DNA of 63,721 nt, filler included, from Octopus bimaculoides (Eukaryota): the NCBI RefSeq assembly GCF_001194135.2. It is 5 parts of 5 records of this genome, joined end to end, with 100 filler letters (N's around TTAATTAATTAA, not from the genome) between each part and the next. Parts side by side here need not be neighbours in the genome. Positions count along the whole stretch, not along the records: positions 61,018 to 63,721 come from NC_069005.1; 4 more parts are not named here. One strand, 5' to 3'. Made by a program: the position numbers and the translations under genes. Under the pieces are notes generated by a model. The model was not told the DNA's origin. It saw nothing but the letters and a program-made list of their open reading frames with translations, and did no database searches. Of this stretch, positions 63,481 through 63,721 are shown piece after piece. Position 1 is the stretch's first letter. Every line of letters starts with the position of its first letter.

Positions 63481-63655
63481 CATCCTCATCATCATCGTTT
63501 AACGTCTACTTTCCATGCTAGCATGGGTTGGATGATTTGACTGAAGACTGGCGAACCAGATGGCTGCACCAGGCTCCAATCTGATCTGGCTGAGTTTCTA
63601 CAGCTGGATGACCTTCCTAATGCCAAGGATGCCCTTCCTAACGCCAAGAATGCCC
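63481..63655 (-). mobile_element. RTE LINE 3'UTR/tail fragment
   Basis: Homologous to 23871-24078; ends in a local triplication of GGATG.CCTTCCTAA.GCCAA. Confidence 0.75.
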
Positions 63656-63660
63656 TTCAG

Positions 63661-63721
<61 letters not shown>

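Noticed and set aside
1-63721. CRISPR arrays, operons, rRNA or intact tRNA genes
   Set aside because: None seen; the sequence is eukaryotic and the tRNA-like boxes occur only in SINE heads.

Overview
AT-rich, microsatellite-dense animal genomic DNA, most likely a cephalopod (Octopus-type SINE, RTE and Penelope repeat content; inferred, not verified). The window is not one contig. Four identical 100-bp linkers (N44-TTAATTAATTAA-N44) join five scaffold pieces: 1-24078, 24179-40575, 40676-56427, 56528-60917 and 61018-63721. Most recognisable sequence is decayed transposons: Helitrons, Tx1/L1-clade LINEs, RTE and R4/Dong LINEs, Penelope relics, a CsRn1-type Gypsy carrying a TTAA-MITE, a maT-like mariner and tRNA-SINEs. 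The only host gene recognised is the last coding exon of an SLC2A13/HMIT-like inositol transporter (56963-57183, +); a few unassigned exon candidates are also present. The most interesting region is 2.0-12.1 kb. It holds a head-to-tail array of Tx1-like LINE copies, including an apparently ORF1-only non-autonomous unit. All copies end at the same motif, AAC(C/T)GGTGATTGTCAC, which directly abuts and overlaps helix I of a minimal hammerhead ribozyme in a host repeat. This suggests a ribozyme-targeting, site-specific LINE system.
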